Assembly: GCA_000432595.1 (NCBI GenBank) | Contig: HF996867.1 | Span: 1,551 to 65,550 of the forward strand | Direction of reading: 5' to 3' | Source: Clostridium sp. CAG:710 | Lineage (GTDB): Bacteria; Bacillota_I; Bacilli_A; RF39; UBA660 | DNA: 64,000 nucleotides | Notes under the pieces: model-generated | The model's input: only the letters and a program-made list of their open reading frames with translations | Told to the model about the DNA's origin: nothing | Database searches by the model: none | Position numbers and translations under genes: made by a program | Shown here: piece after piece, positions 9,979 through 19,656 of the stretch | Layout: each line of letters opens with the position of its first letter | How positions within the stretch are numbered: the stretch's first letter is position 1

Positions 9979-11412
9979 ATGAAAAAATATAGATGTAAAT
10001 CATGTGGATATATAACTGATGAAGAAATAAAAGAAGATTTTTTATGTCCATTATGTGGAGTTAATAAAGAATATTTTGAAGAAATAATTGTATTAGATGA
10101 AGAAGAAAAGCCAAAATCAATTCCAGTTGATGAGGATAATCCATCAATACAAAGAATAGTAAAAAGATGTATTAATTGTGGAAGATGCAAAACTATATGT
10201 GAAAATATAGTTGGAATAAAATATGATAGAGAAAAATGTAAAAACAATATTTGTATAGGATGTGGGCAATGTATTTTAAATTGTCCAGTAGGTGCACTTG
10301 TTACAAAATATAATTATAAAGCAGTAGAACAAGCAATAAATGATGATTCAAAAGTAGTTGTATGTATCACTGCACCAGCGGTAAGAACAAGTCTTGGTGA
10401 GTCATTTGGAATGGAACCAGGTACTTTAGTTGAAAAAAAGATAACCTCATCATTAAAAGAAATTGGTTTTGATTATGTATTTGATGTAACCTTTGGAGCA
10501 GATTTAACAGTTATGGAAGAAGCAACTGAATTAATTGATAGAATTCAAAATAATAAACGACTTCCAATGTTTACTAGTTGTTGTCCATCATGGGTTAAAT
10601 ATGCTAGAGTTTTCACTCCATTCTTATTAGATAATTTATCTACAACAAAAAGTCCAATTTCTATACAAAGTACAATTATAAAAAAGTACTTTTCAAAGTT
10701 GAAAGGCATAGATGAATCTGATATAATTGTAGTAGCACTTACACCTTGTACTAGTAAAAAATTAGAAAGGACTATAAGTGACCTTGACACTACAGATTTT
10801 GTAATAACTGCAAGTGAATATAGTATTTGGTTAAAAGAACGAGGAATAGATTTTGGTAAATTACAAGATAAAGAATTTGACTCTCTATTCGGACGTGGTA
10901 GTGGTGCAGGTATAATATTTGGCGCCAGTGGTGGAGTATGTGAAGCCATTACTAGAACAATGTATTATATGCTTACAAATAAAACTCCTTCAAAAAGATT
11001 ATTAGAGTTTACTGAGATAAGAGGTCTAAAAAAGGCAAAAGAAGCAACAGTAATTATAAATGGTATCAAAATAAATGTCCTCGTAGTACAATCTCTACCA
11101 GCACTTTCCAATATTATAGATGAAGTAAAAGAGGGAAATTCAAAATATCACTTAATAGAGGTTATGAACTGTGTAGGAGGATGTATTGGTGGAGGAGGAG
11201 AACCACTAAGCATAATATCAAAACAGGATGAAGTAAGAATAAAAAGATGTAAAACTCTTTATGAATGTGATAAAGATACTAAAATAAAATCATCATATGA
11301 AAACCCTGACATTAAAAGAATCTATAAGGAATTCATTGGAAAACCAAGTAATGAAAAAGCACAAGAATTATTACACATAAAGTATAAAGATGAAAGTGAC
11401 TTATTAAATTAG
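9979..11412 (+). CDS. hydA: [FeFe] hydrogenase with N-terminal rubredoxin-like domain and two [4Fe-4S] ferredoxin motifs
   Basis: Cx2C...Cx2C rubredoxin-like N-term; [11 protein letters not shown] and [12 protein letters not shown] ferredoxin motifs; H-cluster motifs [29 protein letters not shown]. Confidence 0.8.
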   Translation: MKKYRCKSCGYITDEEIKEDFLCPLCGVNKEYFEEIIVLDEEEKPKSIPVDEDNPSIQRIVKRCINCGRCKTICENIVGIKYDREKCKNNICIGCGQCILNCPVGALVTKYNYKAVEQAINDDSKVVVCITAPAVRTSLGESFGMEPGTLVEKKITSSLKEIGFDYVFDVTFGADLTVMEEATELIDRIQNNKRLPMFTSCCPSWVKYARVFTPFLLDNLSTTKSPISIQSTIIKKYFSKLKGIDESDIIVVALTPCTSKKLERTISDLDTTDFVITASEYSIWLKERGIDFGKLQDKEFDSLFGRGSGAGIIFGASGGVCEAITRTMYYMLTNKTPSKRLLEFTEIRGLKKAKEATVIINGIKINVLVVQSLPALSNIIDEVKEGNSKYHLIEVMNCVGGCIGGGGEPLSIISKQDEVRIKRCKTLYECDKDTKIKSSYENPDIKRIYKEFIGKPSNEKAQELLHIKYKDESDLLN

Positions 11413-11422
11413 GAGAGGGAAT

Positions 11423-11962
11423 ATGAATATAAAAGGAACAAAAACAGAACAAAATTTAATGACTGCATTTGCAGGTGAATCACAAGCTAGAAATAAATAT
11501 ACTTATTTCGCAAGTAAAGCTAGAAAAGATGGCTATGAACAAATAGCAGCAATATTTGAAGAAACAGCTAATAACGAAAAAGAACATGCTAAAATTTGGT
11601 TTAAATTACTAAATGGTGGAGAAATATCTGGAACAGAAGAAAATTTAAAAAGTGCAGCTGAAGGTGAAAACTATGAATGGACAGATATGTATAAAAACTT
11701 CGCAGAAACTGCAAAAGAAGAAGGATTAGATGATATCGCAACTTTATTTGAACAAGTTGCTGCTATAGAAAAAGAACATGAAAATCGTTATAAGAAATTA
11801 CTTAAAAATATAGAAGATGAAGTTGTATTTTCAAATGATGGAGATACTATTTGGATTTGTCGTAACTGCGGACATATAGTAGTTGGTAAAAAAGCACCAG
11901 AAGTATGTCCAGTTTGTAAACATAAACAAAGTTTCTTTGAAAGAAAAGCAAATAACTACTAA
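11423..11962 (+). CDS. rbr: rubrerythrin
   Basis: ferritin-like di-iron motifs (EKEH repeated) and C-terminal rubredoxin-like CRNCGH...CPVCKH. Confidence 0.85.
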   Translation: MNIKGTKTEQNLMTAFAGESQARNKYTYFASKARKDGYEQIAAIFEETANNEKEHAKIWFKLLNGGEISGTEENLKSAAEGENYEWTDMYKNFAETAKEEGLDDIATLFEQVAAIEKEHENRYKKLLKNIEDEVVFSNDGDTIWICRNCGHIVVGKKAPEVCPVCKHKQSFFERKANNY

Positions 11963-11967
11963 TACAA

Positions 11968-11995
11968 AGTTGCCAAAAGCAACTTTTTTCTTTTC
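11968..11995 (+). terminator. rho-independent terminator
   Basis: hairpin aagttgccaaaagcaactt + T-run. Confidence 0.65.
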
Positions 11996-12036
11996 CATAA
12001 AAAACAAGACATGATATAATGATAGAGGAGGATAAT

Positions 12037-14187
12037 ATGAATACAGATATAATTAAACAAATAGGAAAAGATTTAAATATTAAAGAAAGACAAGTTGAAG
12101 TTGTATTAAACTTATTAAAAGAAGGAAATACAGTTCCATTTATCGCAAGATATAGAAAAGAAGCAACTGGTTCATTAGATGAAGAAGTAATAAGAAGTAT
12201 TAATGAGGTATATGAATATCAAGTAAACTTATTAAAAAGAAAAGAAGATGTAATAAGATTAATTGATGAAAAAGGTATGCTTACTGACGAATTAAAAGAA
12301 GAAATATTAAAATGCCAAAAATTAGTTGAAGTAGAAGATCTATATAGACCATTTAAAGAAAAGAAAAAAACAAAGGCTACAGAAGCAATAAAAAATGGAT
12401 TAGAGCCACTTGCTAATATGATTATGGAATTTAAAAATAGAGATATCAAAAAAGAAGCAAAAAGCTTTTTAAATGATAAAGTAACATCAACAGAAGAAGC
12501 AATAGAGGGTGCAAAATATATAATCGCAGAAGCAATTAGTGACAATGCAGAATATAGAAAATACATAAGAGAAAATATTGTTAAGTTTGGAATTATTACA
12601 AGCAAGGTAAAGAAAAAAGCACAAGAATTAGACCAAGCTAAAACATATGAAATGTATTATGATTATAGTGAAGCTATAAAATCTATAAAACCACATAGAG
12701 TTTTAGCAATCAATAGAGGAGAAAAAGAAGGAATTTTATCAGTTAATATTGATGTAGACTTTTCATATATAATTAATTATTTAGAAAAGAAAGTAATAAA
12801 AAAATCAAATACTAGTGAAGAAATTTATGTAAAAGAAGCTATATTAGATAGTTATAAAAGATTAATATTTCCTAGTGTAGAAAGAGAAATAAGAAGTGAA
12901 TTAAAAGAAACCGCAGAAATAACTGCGATTGATAACTTTTCAAAAAATGTAGAAAATTTATTACTTACACCACCTATGAAAGGAAAAACAGTACTAGGAT
13001 ATGACCCAGCATTCCGTACAGGATGTAAATTAGCCGTATTAGATTCAACTGGTAAGCCCCTAAAAATAGAAGTTATATATCCAACTGAGCCACATAATAA
13101 AATAGAAGAAAGTAAAAAAATTGTACTTGATTTGATAGATAAATATAATATAGATATAATTGCGATAGGAAATGGAACTGCATCTCGTGAGTCAGAAGCC
13201 TTTACCGCAGATTGTATAAAAGATGCTAAAAGAAAAGTTGAATACATAATAGTTAGCGAAGCAGGTGCAAGTGTATATTCAGCATCAAAACTAGCAAGCA
13301 GTGAATTTCCTGATTTAACAGTAGAGAAAAGAAGCGCTATATCAATTGGTAGAAGACTACAAGACTCGTTATCAGAACTTGTAAAAATAGATCCCAAAAG
13401 CATTGGAGTAGGACTATACCAACATGATGTAACACCTAAGAAATTAGATGAATCTCTAAACTTTGTAGTCACAAAAGTTGTTAACCAAGTAGGTGTTAAT
13501 GTAAATACTGCCTCATCTTCACTTTTAAGTTATGTCTCAGGAATGACTAAAAAATCAATAGACGCTATTTTAAATGAAAGAGATTTAAAAGGAAAATTCA
13601 CTTCACGTGAAGAAATAAAAAAACTAAAAGGAATAACTCCTAAAGTATATGAACAGGCAATTGGTTTTATTAGAATACCTGATGGAGTTAATCCACTTGA
13701 TAAGACATCAATCCATCCAGAAAGCTATGAAGTTACAAAAAAATTACTTGAAAGTATTGGAATGAATCTTAATGATATTGGTACAGATAAATTAAAAGAA
13801 AAACTAGATAACATTGACATAGATAAGGTATGTCTTGATATAAAAACAGATAAGTATACACTAAAAGATATAATAGATGACCTAGAAAAGCCAGGAAGAG
13901 ATTTACGTGATAATATGCCAAAACCAATATTAAAAAGTGATGTCTTAACACTAGACGATTTACATATTGGTGATAAACTTCAAGGAACAGTAAGAAACGT
14001 AGTTGACTTTGGAGTATTTATTGATATTGGTCTTCACAACGATGGACTTGCACATATTTCAAAACTGACTAATAAATATATAAAACATCCAAGTGAAGTA
14101 GTTAGTGTTGGTGATATAGTAGATTGCTATGTTATAGATATAAATAAAGAAAAAGAAAAGGTAAGTTTGAGCCTAATAGAAATTTAG
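12037..14187 (+). CDS. tex: transcription accessory protein Tex (YqgF/HhH/S1 domains)
   Basis: N-terminal Tex signature PFIARYRKEATG, C-terminal S1 domain; gaggagg RBS before ATG 12037. Confidence 0.85.
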   Translation: MNTDIIKQIGKDLNIKERQVEVVLNLLKEGNTVPFIARYRKEATGSLDEEVIRSINEVYEYQVNLLKRKEDVIRLIDEKGMLTDELKEEILKCQKLVEVEDLYRPFKEKKKTKATEAIKNGLEPLANMIMEFKNRDIKKEAKSFLNDKVTSTEEAIEGAKYIIAEAISDNAEYRKYIRENIVKFGIITSKVKKKAQELDQAKTYEMYYDYSEAIKSIKPHRVLAINRGEKEGILSVNIDVDFSYIINYLEKKVIKKSNTSEEIYVKEAILDSYKRLIFPSVEREIRSELKETAEITAIDNFSKNVENLLLTPPMKGKTVLGYDPAFRTGCKLAVLDSTGKPLKIEVIYPTEPHNKIEESKKIVLDLIDKYNIDIIAIGNGTASRESEAFTADCIKDAKRKVEYIIVSEAGASVYSASKLASSEFPDLTVEKRSAISIGRRLQDSLSELVKIDPKSIGVGLYQHDVTPKKLDESLNFVVTKVVNQVGVNVNTASSSLLSYVSGMTKKSIDAILNERDLKGKFTSREEIKKLKGITPKVYEQAIGFIRIPDGVNPLDKTSIHPESYEVTKKLLESIGMNLNDIGTDKLKEKLDNIDIDKVCLDIKTDKYTLKDIIDDLEKPGRDLRDNMPKPILKSDVLTLDDLHIGDKLQGTVRNVVDFGVFIDIGLHNDGLAHISKLTNKYIKHPSEVVSVGDIVDCYVIDINKEKEKVSLSLIEI

Positions 14188-14197
14188 GCTTTTCTTA

Positions 14198-14226
14198 TTG
14201 AAAAAATTGTGAATTTATGGTATAAT
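14198..14226 (+). promoter_or_regulatory. sigma-A-like promoter (TTGAAA-17-TATAAT)
   Basis: consensus hexamers with 17-bp spacer upstream of Fic gene. Confidence 0.5.
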
Positions 14227-14250
14227 ATGCCGTAATTAAGGGGTGATAGT

Positions 14251-15126
14251 ATGTCTGAAAACGAAAAAATACTAAAAGCTGTTGACCAAGTAGGGGCAGA
14301 ATTTCTTATTAGAGAAATTTTCTTAGGATATAAATACAGAAAAGATTGTGGGATATTATATGATACTGATTCGGATATTCCTGAAAAACTTATTAGCTTA
14401 TATTATGGTTTAAAACCAGATGATACAACATTTGATTGTATGAAAAAAGCCTTTGTTAGACATTATATAAGAAATGAAAGCGAAATAGAAGGAATAAATG
14501 ATAAAAGCATACATGGTGAAGAAGAAATGAAAGGTTTAGAAGCAATGTATGACTATATTCACTCAGAGGATGTTAATTATTTATTTGATGTTTATACATT
14601 AAAAGATTTAAATCGTATGTTATTCTCTTTTGCACCGTTTCCAGAATATGCAGGAGAATTTAGAAACTATACAACATTTTTACCAACAACAGGTACTGAT
14701 CTTTGCCCATGGGAAGATATACGTTTCTTATTAGAAAATGTAGATATTGATGTTCAAAAATTAGTTAAAAAAGCACCTTCAGTAAAAAATCATAATGATA
14801 TGAATGCTATGCTTGAGTATCTAGATGATTCTGTTGAAGTAATGTGTAAACTTATTAAAATTCATCCGTTTGGAGATGGTAATGGTAGAACAATAAGAGG
14901 ATTTACAAACAAATTATTTGAAGATGCGGGGCTACCACCAATATATATAAAAGCAAATGAAAGAACTGAATATCATAAAGCAATGAACCTTGCAAATAAT
15001 GAAAATGATTATACTGCAATAAAACAGTTCTACAGATATAAAGTTTGTGATTCAATAATTGAATTAGATATAAATGAAAGATTAAAAGAAGAAGAAAAAC
15101 CAAAGCAAATGAAAAAAGCCAAATAA
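14251..15126 (+). CDS. Fic/DOC family protein (putative AMPylator)
   Basis: Fic active-site motif HPFGDGNGRTIRG; 291 aa. Confidence 0.7.
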   Translation: MSENEKILKAVDQVGAEFLIREIFLGYKYRKDCGILYDTDSDIPEKLISLYYGLKPDDTTFDCMKKAFVRHYIRNESEIEGINDKSIHGEEEMKGLEAMYDYIHSEDVNYLFDVYTLKDLNRMLFSFAPFPEYAGEFRNYTTFLPTTGTDLCPWEDIRFLLENVDIDVQKLVKKAPSVKNHNDMNAMLEYLDDSVEVMCKLIKIHPFGDGNGRTIRGFTNKLFEDAGLPPIYIKANERTEYHKAMNLANNENDYTAIKQFYRYKVCDSIIELDINERLKEEEKPKQMKKAK

Positions 15127-15139
15127 TTGGCTTTTTTTT
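15113..15139. terminator. bidirectional rho-independent terminator between convergent Fic and trpS
   Basis: hairpin gccaaataattggc flanked by A-run and T-run. Confidence 0.6.
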
Positions 15140-16148
15140 AGTAATCAATCATCATAGCGGATTTAACATGTTTCATTACTTCTTCTGCTTTTTCTTTTGC
15201 AATTTTTGTTCCATCTTTTAATATTTGGTCAACTTCATCAGGATGTTCTTCATAATATTTTCTTTTTTCTCTAATAGGAGCTAGGAACTGATTCATATGA
15301 TTAATTAGTTCCTTTTTACATTGAACACATCCTCTTTTTCCTTCCTTGCATTCACTACAAACAGTATCTAAATCAGGATTTTGTATTAATTTATGATAAT
15401 AATAAACCATACATTTATCTGGATCAGCAGGGTCATCCTTTCTAATTTTGTTAGTATCAGTAACCGCACTCATTATTTTTTTACTTATTGTCTCTTCATC
15501 ATCTTTAAGATAAATTGCATTTCCTAAGCTTTTACCCATTTTTTCATTACCATCAAGACCTTTAATTCTAGGAAAAGGACTTAATAATGGTTCTGGTTCA
15601 ATTAGAGTAGGTCCATATATATTATTAAACTTTCTAACAATTTCACGACATTGTTCAATTAGAGGAAGTTGGTCCTCTCCAACAGGAATTAATTCTCCAC
15701 TAAATGCAGTAATATCAGCTGCCTGGCTAACTGGATATCCCACAAAACCATAAGTAACACTCTCACCATCATTACCAAATATAGCTTTCTTTTGAGCAAT
15801 TTCAGTTTTAACAGTAGGATTTCTATAAAGTCTAGCCATAGTAACTAAATTAGAATAGAAAACAGTTAATTCAGCAATCTCAGGTATCTGTGATTGAATA
15901 AATATAGTTGCCTTTTTAGGATCAATTCCAACAGATAATAAATCAATTGTCAACTCACGAACATTAACTCTAACTTTTTTTGGATCATTAAAATTATCAG
16001 TAAGAGCCTGTACATCTGCGATTTCAATATATGAATTATATTCATCTTGTAATAAAACCCAATTTCTAGTTGCCCCAAAATAATGTCCTAAATGTAGATT
16101 TCCAGTAGGTCTAATTCCAGTTAAAATATTTTTTTTCATGTTTCTCAC
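15138..16148 (-). CDS. trpS: tryptophanyl-tRNA synthetase
   Basis: class I motifs GIRPTGNLHLGHY (HIGH) and KMGKSLGN (KMSKS); 336 aa. Confidence 0.85.
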   Translation of the reverse strand: MRNMKKNILTGIRPTGNLHLGHYFGATRNWVLLQDEYNSYIEIADVQALTDNFNDPKKVRVNVRELTIDLLSVGIDPKKATIFIQSQIPEIAELTVFYSNLVTMARLYRNPTVKTEIAQKKAIFGNDGESVTYGFVGYPVSQAADITAFSGELIPVGEDQLPLIEQCREIVRKFNNIYGPTLIEPEPLLSPFPRIKGLDGNEKMGKSLGNAIYLKDDEETISKKIMSAVTDTNKIRKDDPADPDKCMVYYYHKLIQNPDLDTVCSECKEGKRGCVQCKKELINHMNQFLAPIREKRKYYEEHPDEVDQILKDGTKIAKEKAEEVMKHVKSAMMIDY

Positions 16149-16285
16149 TTCCTAGATAAAGTTTAACACAAACTAAAAAAAAAATTAATAAAAATTTAAA
16201 ATAAGTATTAAAAAATTCAAAATATTTGCTATAATTATATGCATAGTAGTAAGCAAATCGTTAACAGAGAATAAAGAGGTATTAT

Positions 16286-16405
16286 ATGAAGGATTTATTT
16301 TATAAAGTTTTTTCTCCAGAAAACATTAATATATTAATTTTAATATTTATTATTCTAATAATATGTTTATTAACATTAACCATTTTTACTAAATATGATA
16401 AATAA
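16286..16405 (+). CDS. possible small hydrophobic peptide (39 aa, single TM)
   Basis: aagagg RBS 6 nt before ATG; below ORF-track size cut-off. Confidence 0.25.
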   Translation: MKDLFYKVFSPENINILILIFIILIICLLTLTIFTKYDK

Positions 16406-16421
16406 TTTTGCTTTTTTAAAT

Positions 16422-16448
16422 AAATGTGTTATAATATGAAACACATTT
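16422..16448. promoter_or_regulatory. perfect 9-bp inverted repeat (aaatgtgtt-N9-aacacattt) overlapping TGn -10 (tgttataat)
   Basis: palindrome read directly; candidate operator over the promoter of the sigma-like gene. Confidence 0.45.
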
Positions 16449-16460
16449 AGGGGGATTATT

Positions 16461-17288
16461 GTGAGAGACATTATTATAAAAAAGGAGTTTGAAAAAGCAA
16501 AGTCTGGTGATAAAGAGGCAAAAACTTTACTTTTTAAACATTACTACAAAGCATATTCTGAATTATTTGAACTTAATAAAGGTATACCAAATATTAAAGA
16601 AGAATATGCAAGAATTATTAATGAGAGTATAGATAAATATTTTGCTTCATTACCAAAAATTGATCTTAGTGCGTATATAACAACGCAATTATATACATAC
16701 ATAAAAAATTACAATGGAAGAAGAAATTTAAAAAGAAAAGAATCAGAAGAAATAAGCAATTTATTAAAAAAGGCAAAAGCATCTGATGAATCAAGAAAAT
16801 TACTTATAGAAAAATGCATGTATTTAATTGATGAATATCTAATAAGTGCCCAGTTTGATTCTAACTTTACTAAAGAGGATGCTAGACAAGAAGGATATTT
16901 ATTTTTAACTAGAAGAGTTAATGCATTTCTAGATTCACACCAAGAAAGCGGATTAGAGTATGGACCGTTTACAATCTATCTAAGACAAGCAATTGATAAA
17001 ACATACTTAAATTTAATTTTAAGAGAAAGACAAAAAGAAAAAGAACATCAAGAAGTAAAAGGAATGTTAAGTAGGAAAGATAAATTTAAAGAATTTGAAA
17101 CAGAATTTGAATTTATAGATTATGTTAAAAACTTAGACATAAGTAGTTCAATAAAAGATAGTATAATAAAATCTATTTATTATACTGTAAAAGACTTAGC
17201 GGAAGCGGAAAATATAACAAGACAATCGATAGAACAGAGAATAGAAAGTAAAAAAGTATTAATAAAAAAATTCTTTGATATGAAATAA
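16461..17288 (+). CDS. divergent sigma-70-like protein (region 2-like and region 4.2-like HTH segments)
   Basis: FTIYLRQAIDKTY resembles region 2.3/2.4; C-terminal ITRQSIEQRIESKKVLIKK resembles region 4.2 HTH; GTG start with agggg RBS. Confidence 0.3.
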   Translation: MRDIIIKKEFEKAKSGDKEAKTLLFKHYYKAYSELFELNKGIPNIKEEYARIINESIDKYFASLPKIDLSAYITTQLYTYIKNYNGRRNLKRKESEEISNLLKKAKASDESRKLLIEKCMYLIDEYLISAQFDSNFTKEDARQEGYLFLTRRVNAFLDSHQESGLEYGPFTIYLRQAIDKTYLNLILRERQKEKEHQEVKGMLSRKDKFKEFETEFEFIDYVKNLDISSSIKDSIIKSIYYTVKDLAEAENITRQSIEQRIESKKVLIKKFFDMK

Positions 17289-17328
17289 AATTAAAAAAAT
17301 GTATATAATAAAATATAGAAAATGTAGC

Positions 17329-17607
17329 TTGACAACAAGAAAAGAATTTACTATAATCTAGTCAAACGATGAACAAAAGAAGTAACAATAGATTCTTTTA
17401 TAGAGAGTTAGTGATTGGTGTAAACTAACAAAGATATATTGTGAATAACATTTGTGAGTGCTTAAAGAAATTAAGTAAACTAAGCCGTATATCTACGTTA
17501 CAGATAAGAGTGATCAATTTTGATAACTAGGGTGGTACCGCGGATTCAACAGTTATTCGTCCCTTATGGGATGTTTAACTGTTTTTTTTAATTTTAGGAG
17601 GGTAAAT
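17329..17607 (+). promoter_or_regulatory. promoter (TTGACA-18-TATAAT) plus T-box riboswitch leader for asnS
   Basis: conserved T-box sequence AGGGTGGTACCGCG at 17529-17542; terminator/antiterminator hairpin and T8 run at 17548-17590 immediately before asnS RBS. Confidence 0.8.
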
Positions 17608-18990
17608 ATGTTAGATGTAAAAGATTTATATGAAAAACTAGATGAATATTTAGGCAAAGAAGTAACATTACAAGGATGGATAAAAAACCATAGAAAACAA
17701 AAAGAATTTGGATTTATTGATTTCTCAGATGGAACATATTTTAAACATGTTCAACTAGTATATGATAACAACCTAACCGATTTTGATACTATTCAAAAAT
17801 ATCATATTGGATGTGCAATAACTGTAGTAGGAGAAGTAGTAACTTCAGAAGGCGCTGGTCAAGAGTTTGAGGTTAAAGTAAAATCTATAAAACTAGAAGG
17901 AGATTGTCCTGAAGATTATCCAATGCAACCAAAACGTCATTCAATGGAATTCTTAAGAGAACAAGCCTATCTAAGACCAAGAGTAAATTTATTTCAAGCA
18001 GTATTTCGTATAAGAAGCGTCGCAGCTCATGCAATACATGAATATTTTCAATCACATAATTATGTATATGTTCACACTCCATTAATCACAACCGCAGATT
18101 GTGAAGGTTCAGATCAAATGTTTAAAATAACCACATTAGATTTAAATCATCTACCAAAAACAGAAGATGGAAAAGTTGATATGTCAAAAGATTTATTTGG
18201 AAAAACTGCTTTTGTAACAGGTACAGGTCAATTACATGGTGAAGCTTTCGCAATGGCATTCAAAAAGATTTATACATTTGGACCAACCTTCAGAACAGAA
18301 AAATCAAATACAAAAACACACGCAAATGAATTTTGGATGATAGAACCAGAAATAGGATTTTGCGATTTAAATGGATTAATGGATGTAGAAGAAGAAATGT
18401 TAAAATTTGTTGTAGGATATGTACTAGATAATTGTAAAACTGAGATAGAATTCTTAGATAAATTTGTTCAAAAAGGCCTAAAAGAAAAATTAGAAAAACT
18501 AGTAGGTTCTAAATTCACAAGAATTACTCATCATGATGTTATAGACATACTAAAAAAAGCAGATGTAAAATGGGAATTTACTCCAGATTATTCTTCTGAT
18601 ATCGCAAAAGAACATGAAAGGTATATTACTGAATATTTTAATGGACCAGTATTTATAACAGATTGGCCAAAAGATATAAAAGCATGGTATATGAAAGTTA
18701 ACCCAGATAATAAAACAGTTGCCGCAGTTGACCTAGAAGTCCCAGGAGCTGGAGAATTAATGGGTGGATCACAACGTGAAGAAGATTATGATAAATTAAT
18801 CAAAAGATGTAGAGAAATGAATGTTGACTATGATACAGTTGATTGGTTCTGTAATCTAAGAAAATTTGGAGGATGTTACCACTCTGGATTTGGTATGGGA
18901 TTTGAAAGATTGCTAATTTATCTAACAGGTGTAGAAAATATTAGAGATGTAATTCCATTCCCAAGAACACCAGGAAGCTGTGATTTTTAA
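17608..18990 (+). CDS. asnS: asparaginyl-tRNA synthetase
   Basis: class IIb aaRS motifs FRTEKSNTKTHANEFWMIEPE, GSQRE, GFGMGFERL; aggagg RBS; ORF-track upstream extension overlaps the T-box terminator. Confidence 0.85.
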   Translation: MLDVKDLYEKLDEYLGKEVTLQGWIKNHRKQKEFGFIDFSDGTYFKHVQLVYDNNLTDFDTIQKYHIGCAITVVGEVVTSEGAGQEFEVKVKSIKLEGDCPEDYPMQPKRHSMEFLREQAYLRPRVNLFQAVFRIRSVAAHAIHEYFQSHNYVYVHTPLITTADCEGSDQMFKITTLDLNHLPKTEDGKVDMSKDLFGKTAFVTGTGQLHGEAFAMAFKKIYTFGPTFRTEKSNTKTHANEFWMIEPEIGFCDLNGLMDVEEEMLKFVVGYVLDNCKTEIEFLDKFVQKGLKEKLEKLVGSKFTRITHHDVIDILKKADVKWEFTPDYSSDIAKEHERYITEYFNGPVFITDWPKDIKAWYMKVNPDNKTVAAVDLEVPGAGELMGGSQREEDYDKLIKRCREMNVDYDTVDWFCNLRKFGGCYHSGFGMGFERLLIYLTGVENIRDVIPFPRTPGSCDF

Positions 18991-19042
18991 AAAATTGTAT
19001 AAAAATAAAAAAAGTGTAAAAAATACTACTGAGGAGGCAAAT

Positions 19043-19588
19043 ATGAAAAAGCTAATTTTAGTAGTATTTTCTTTATTATTAATTACTTGTGGTTGTGATA
19101 GTATGATGAATACCCCAACAAAAAGAGTAGAAGAATTTCTAAATAAATATCAACGACTTGATTCAGATGTTCTAACTCAATTAGATGAAGTAATAAAAAA
19201 TGCAACATATACATTTAATGATACACAATCTACTTCATATAAAGAGCTTATGAAAAAACAATATAAAGATTTAACTTATACTATCAAAGAAGAATTAATT
19301 GATGGAAATAACGCAACAGTAACTGTTGAAATAGAAGTATATGATTATAATAAAGCCATTAATGACGCAGAAACATACTATAAAAACAATCCAAACGAAT
19401 TTAAAAATTCTGATGGCGGAATAGATGAAGAAAAATACATGGATTATAAAATAAAGAAAATGGAAGCAGTTAAAGATAAAATAAAATATACACTTAATTT
19501 AACATTAACAAAAAAAGATAAAAAATGGGTACTAAATGATATATCTGAATCAGATAGACAAAAGCTTCATGGATTATATAATTCGTAA
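19043..19588 (+). CDS. lipoprotein
   Basis: signal peptide with lipobox LLITC; gaggagg RBS before ATG 19043. Confidence 0.5.
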   Translation: MKKLILVVFSLLLITCGCDSMMNTPTKRVEEFLNKYQRLDSDVLTQLDEVIKNATYTFNDTQSTSYKELMKKQYKDLTYTIKEELIDGNNATVTVEIEVYDYNKAINDAETYYKNNPNEFKNSDGGIDEEKYMDYKIKKMEAVKDKIKYTLNLTLTKKDKKWVLNDISESDRQKLHGLYNS

Positions 19589-19606
19589 TAAATGTAAACT
19601 ATTGTA

Positions 19607-19637
19607 AAAAGAGACAAGAGAATATGTCTCTTTTTCT
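19607..19637 (+). terminator. rho-independent terminator
   Basis: hairpin agagacaagagaatatgtctct + T-run. Confidence 0.6.
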
Positions 19638-19656
19638 ATAATATGATAAAATATAA

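Noticed and set aside
1014-13951. Numerous antisense or out-of-frame ORFs nested in large genes (e.g. 1014-1349-, 1506-1703-, 10545-10949-, 12219-12605-, 12852-13472-, 13769-13951-)
   Set aside because: They overlap strongly supported CDSs (ABC-F, hydrogenase, Tex) on the opposite strand. Their hydrophobic low-complexity translations are typical of AT-rich antisense frames. No RBS.
16149-16285. Possible T-box leader for trpS (minus strand)
   Set aside because: Searched for the reverse complement of AGGGTGGTACCGCG upstream of trpS; it is absent. The only T-box signature in the region belongs to asnS on the + strand.
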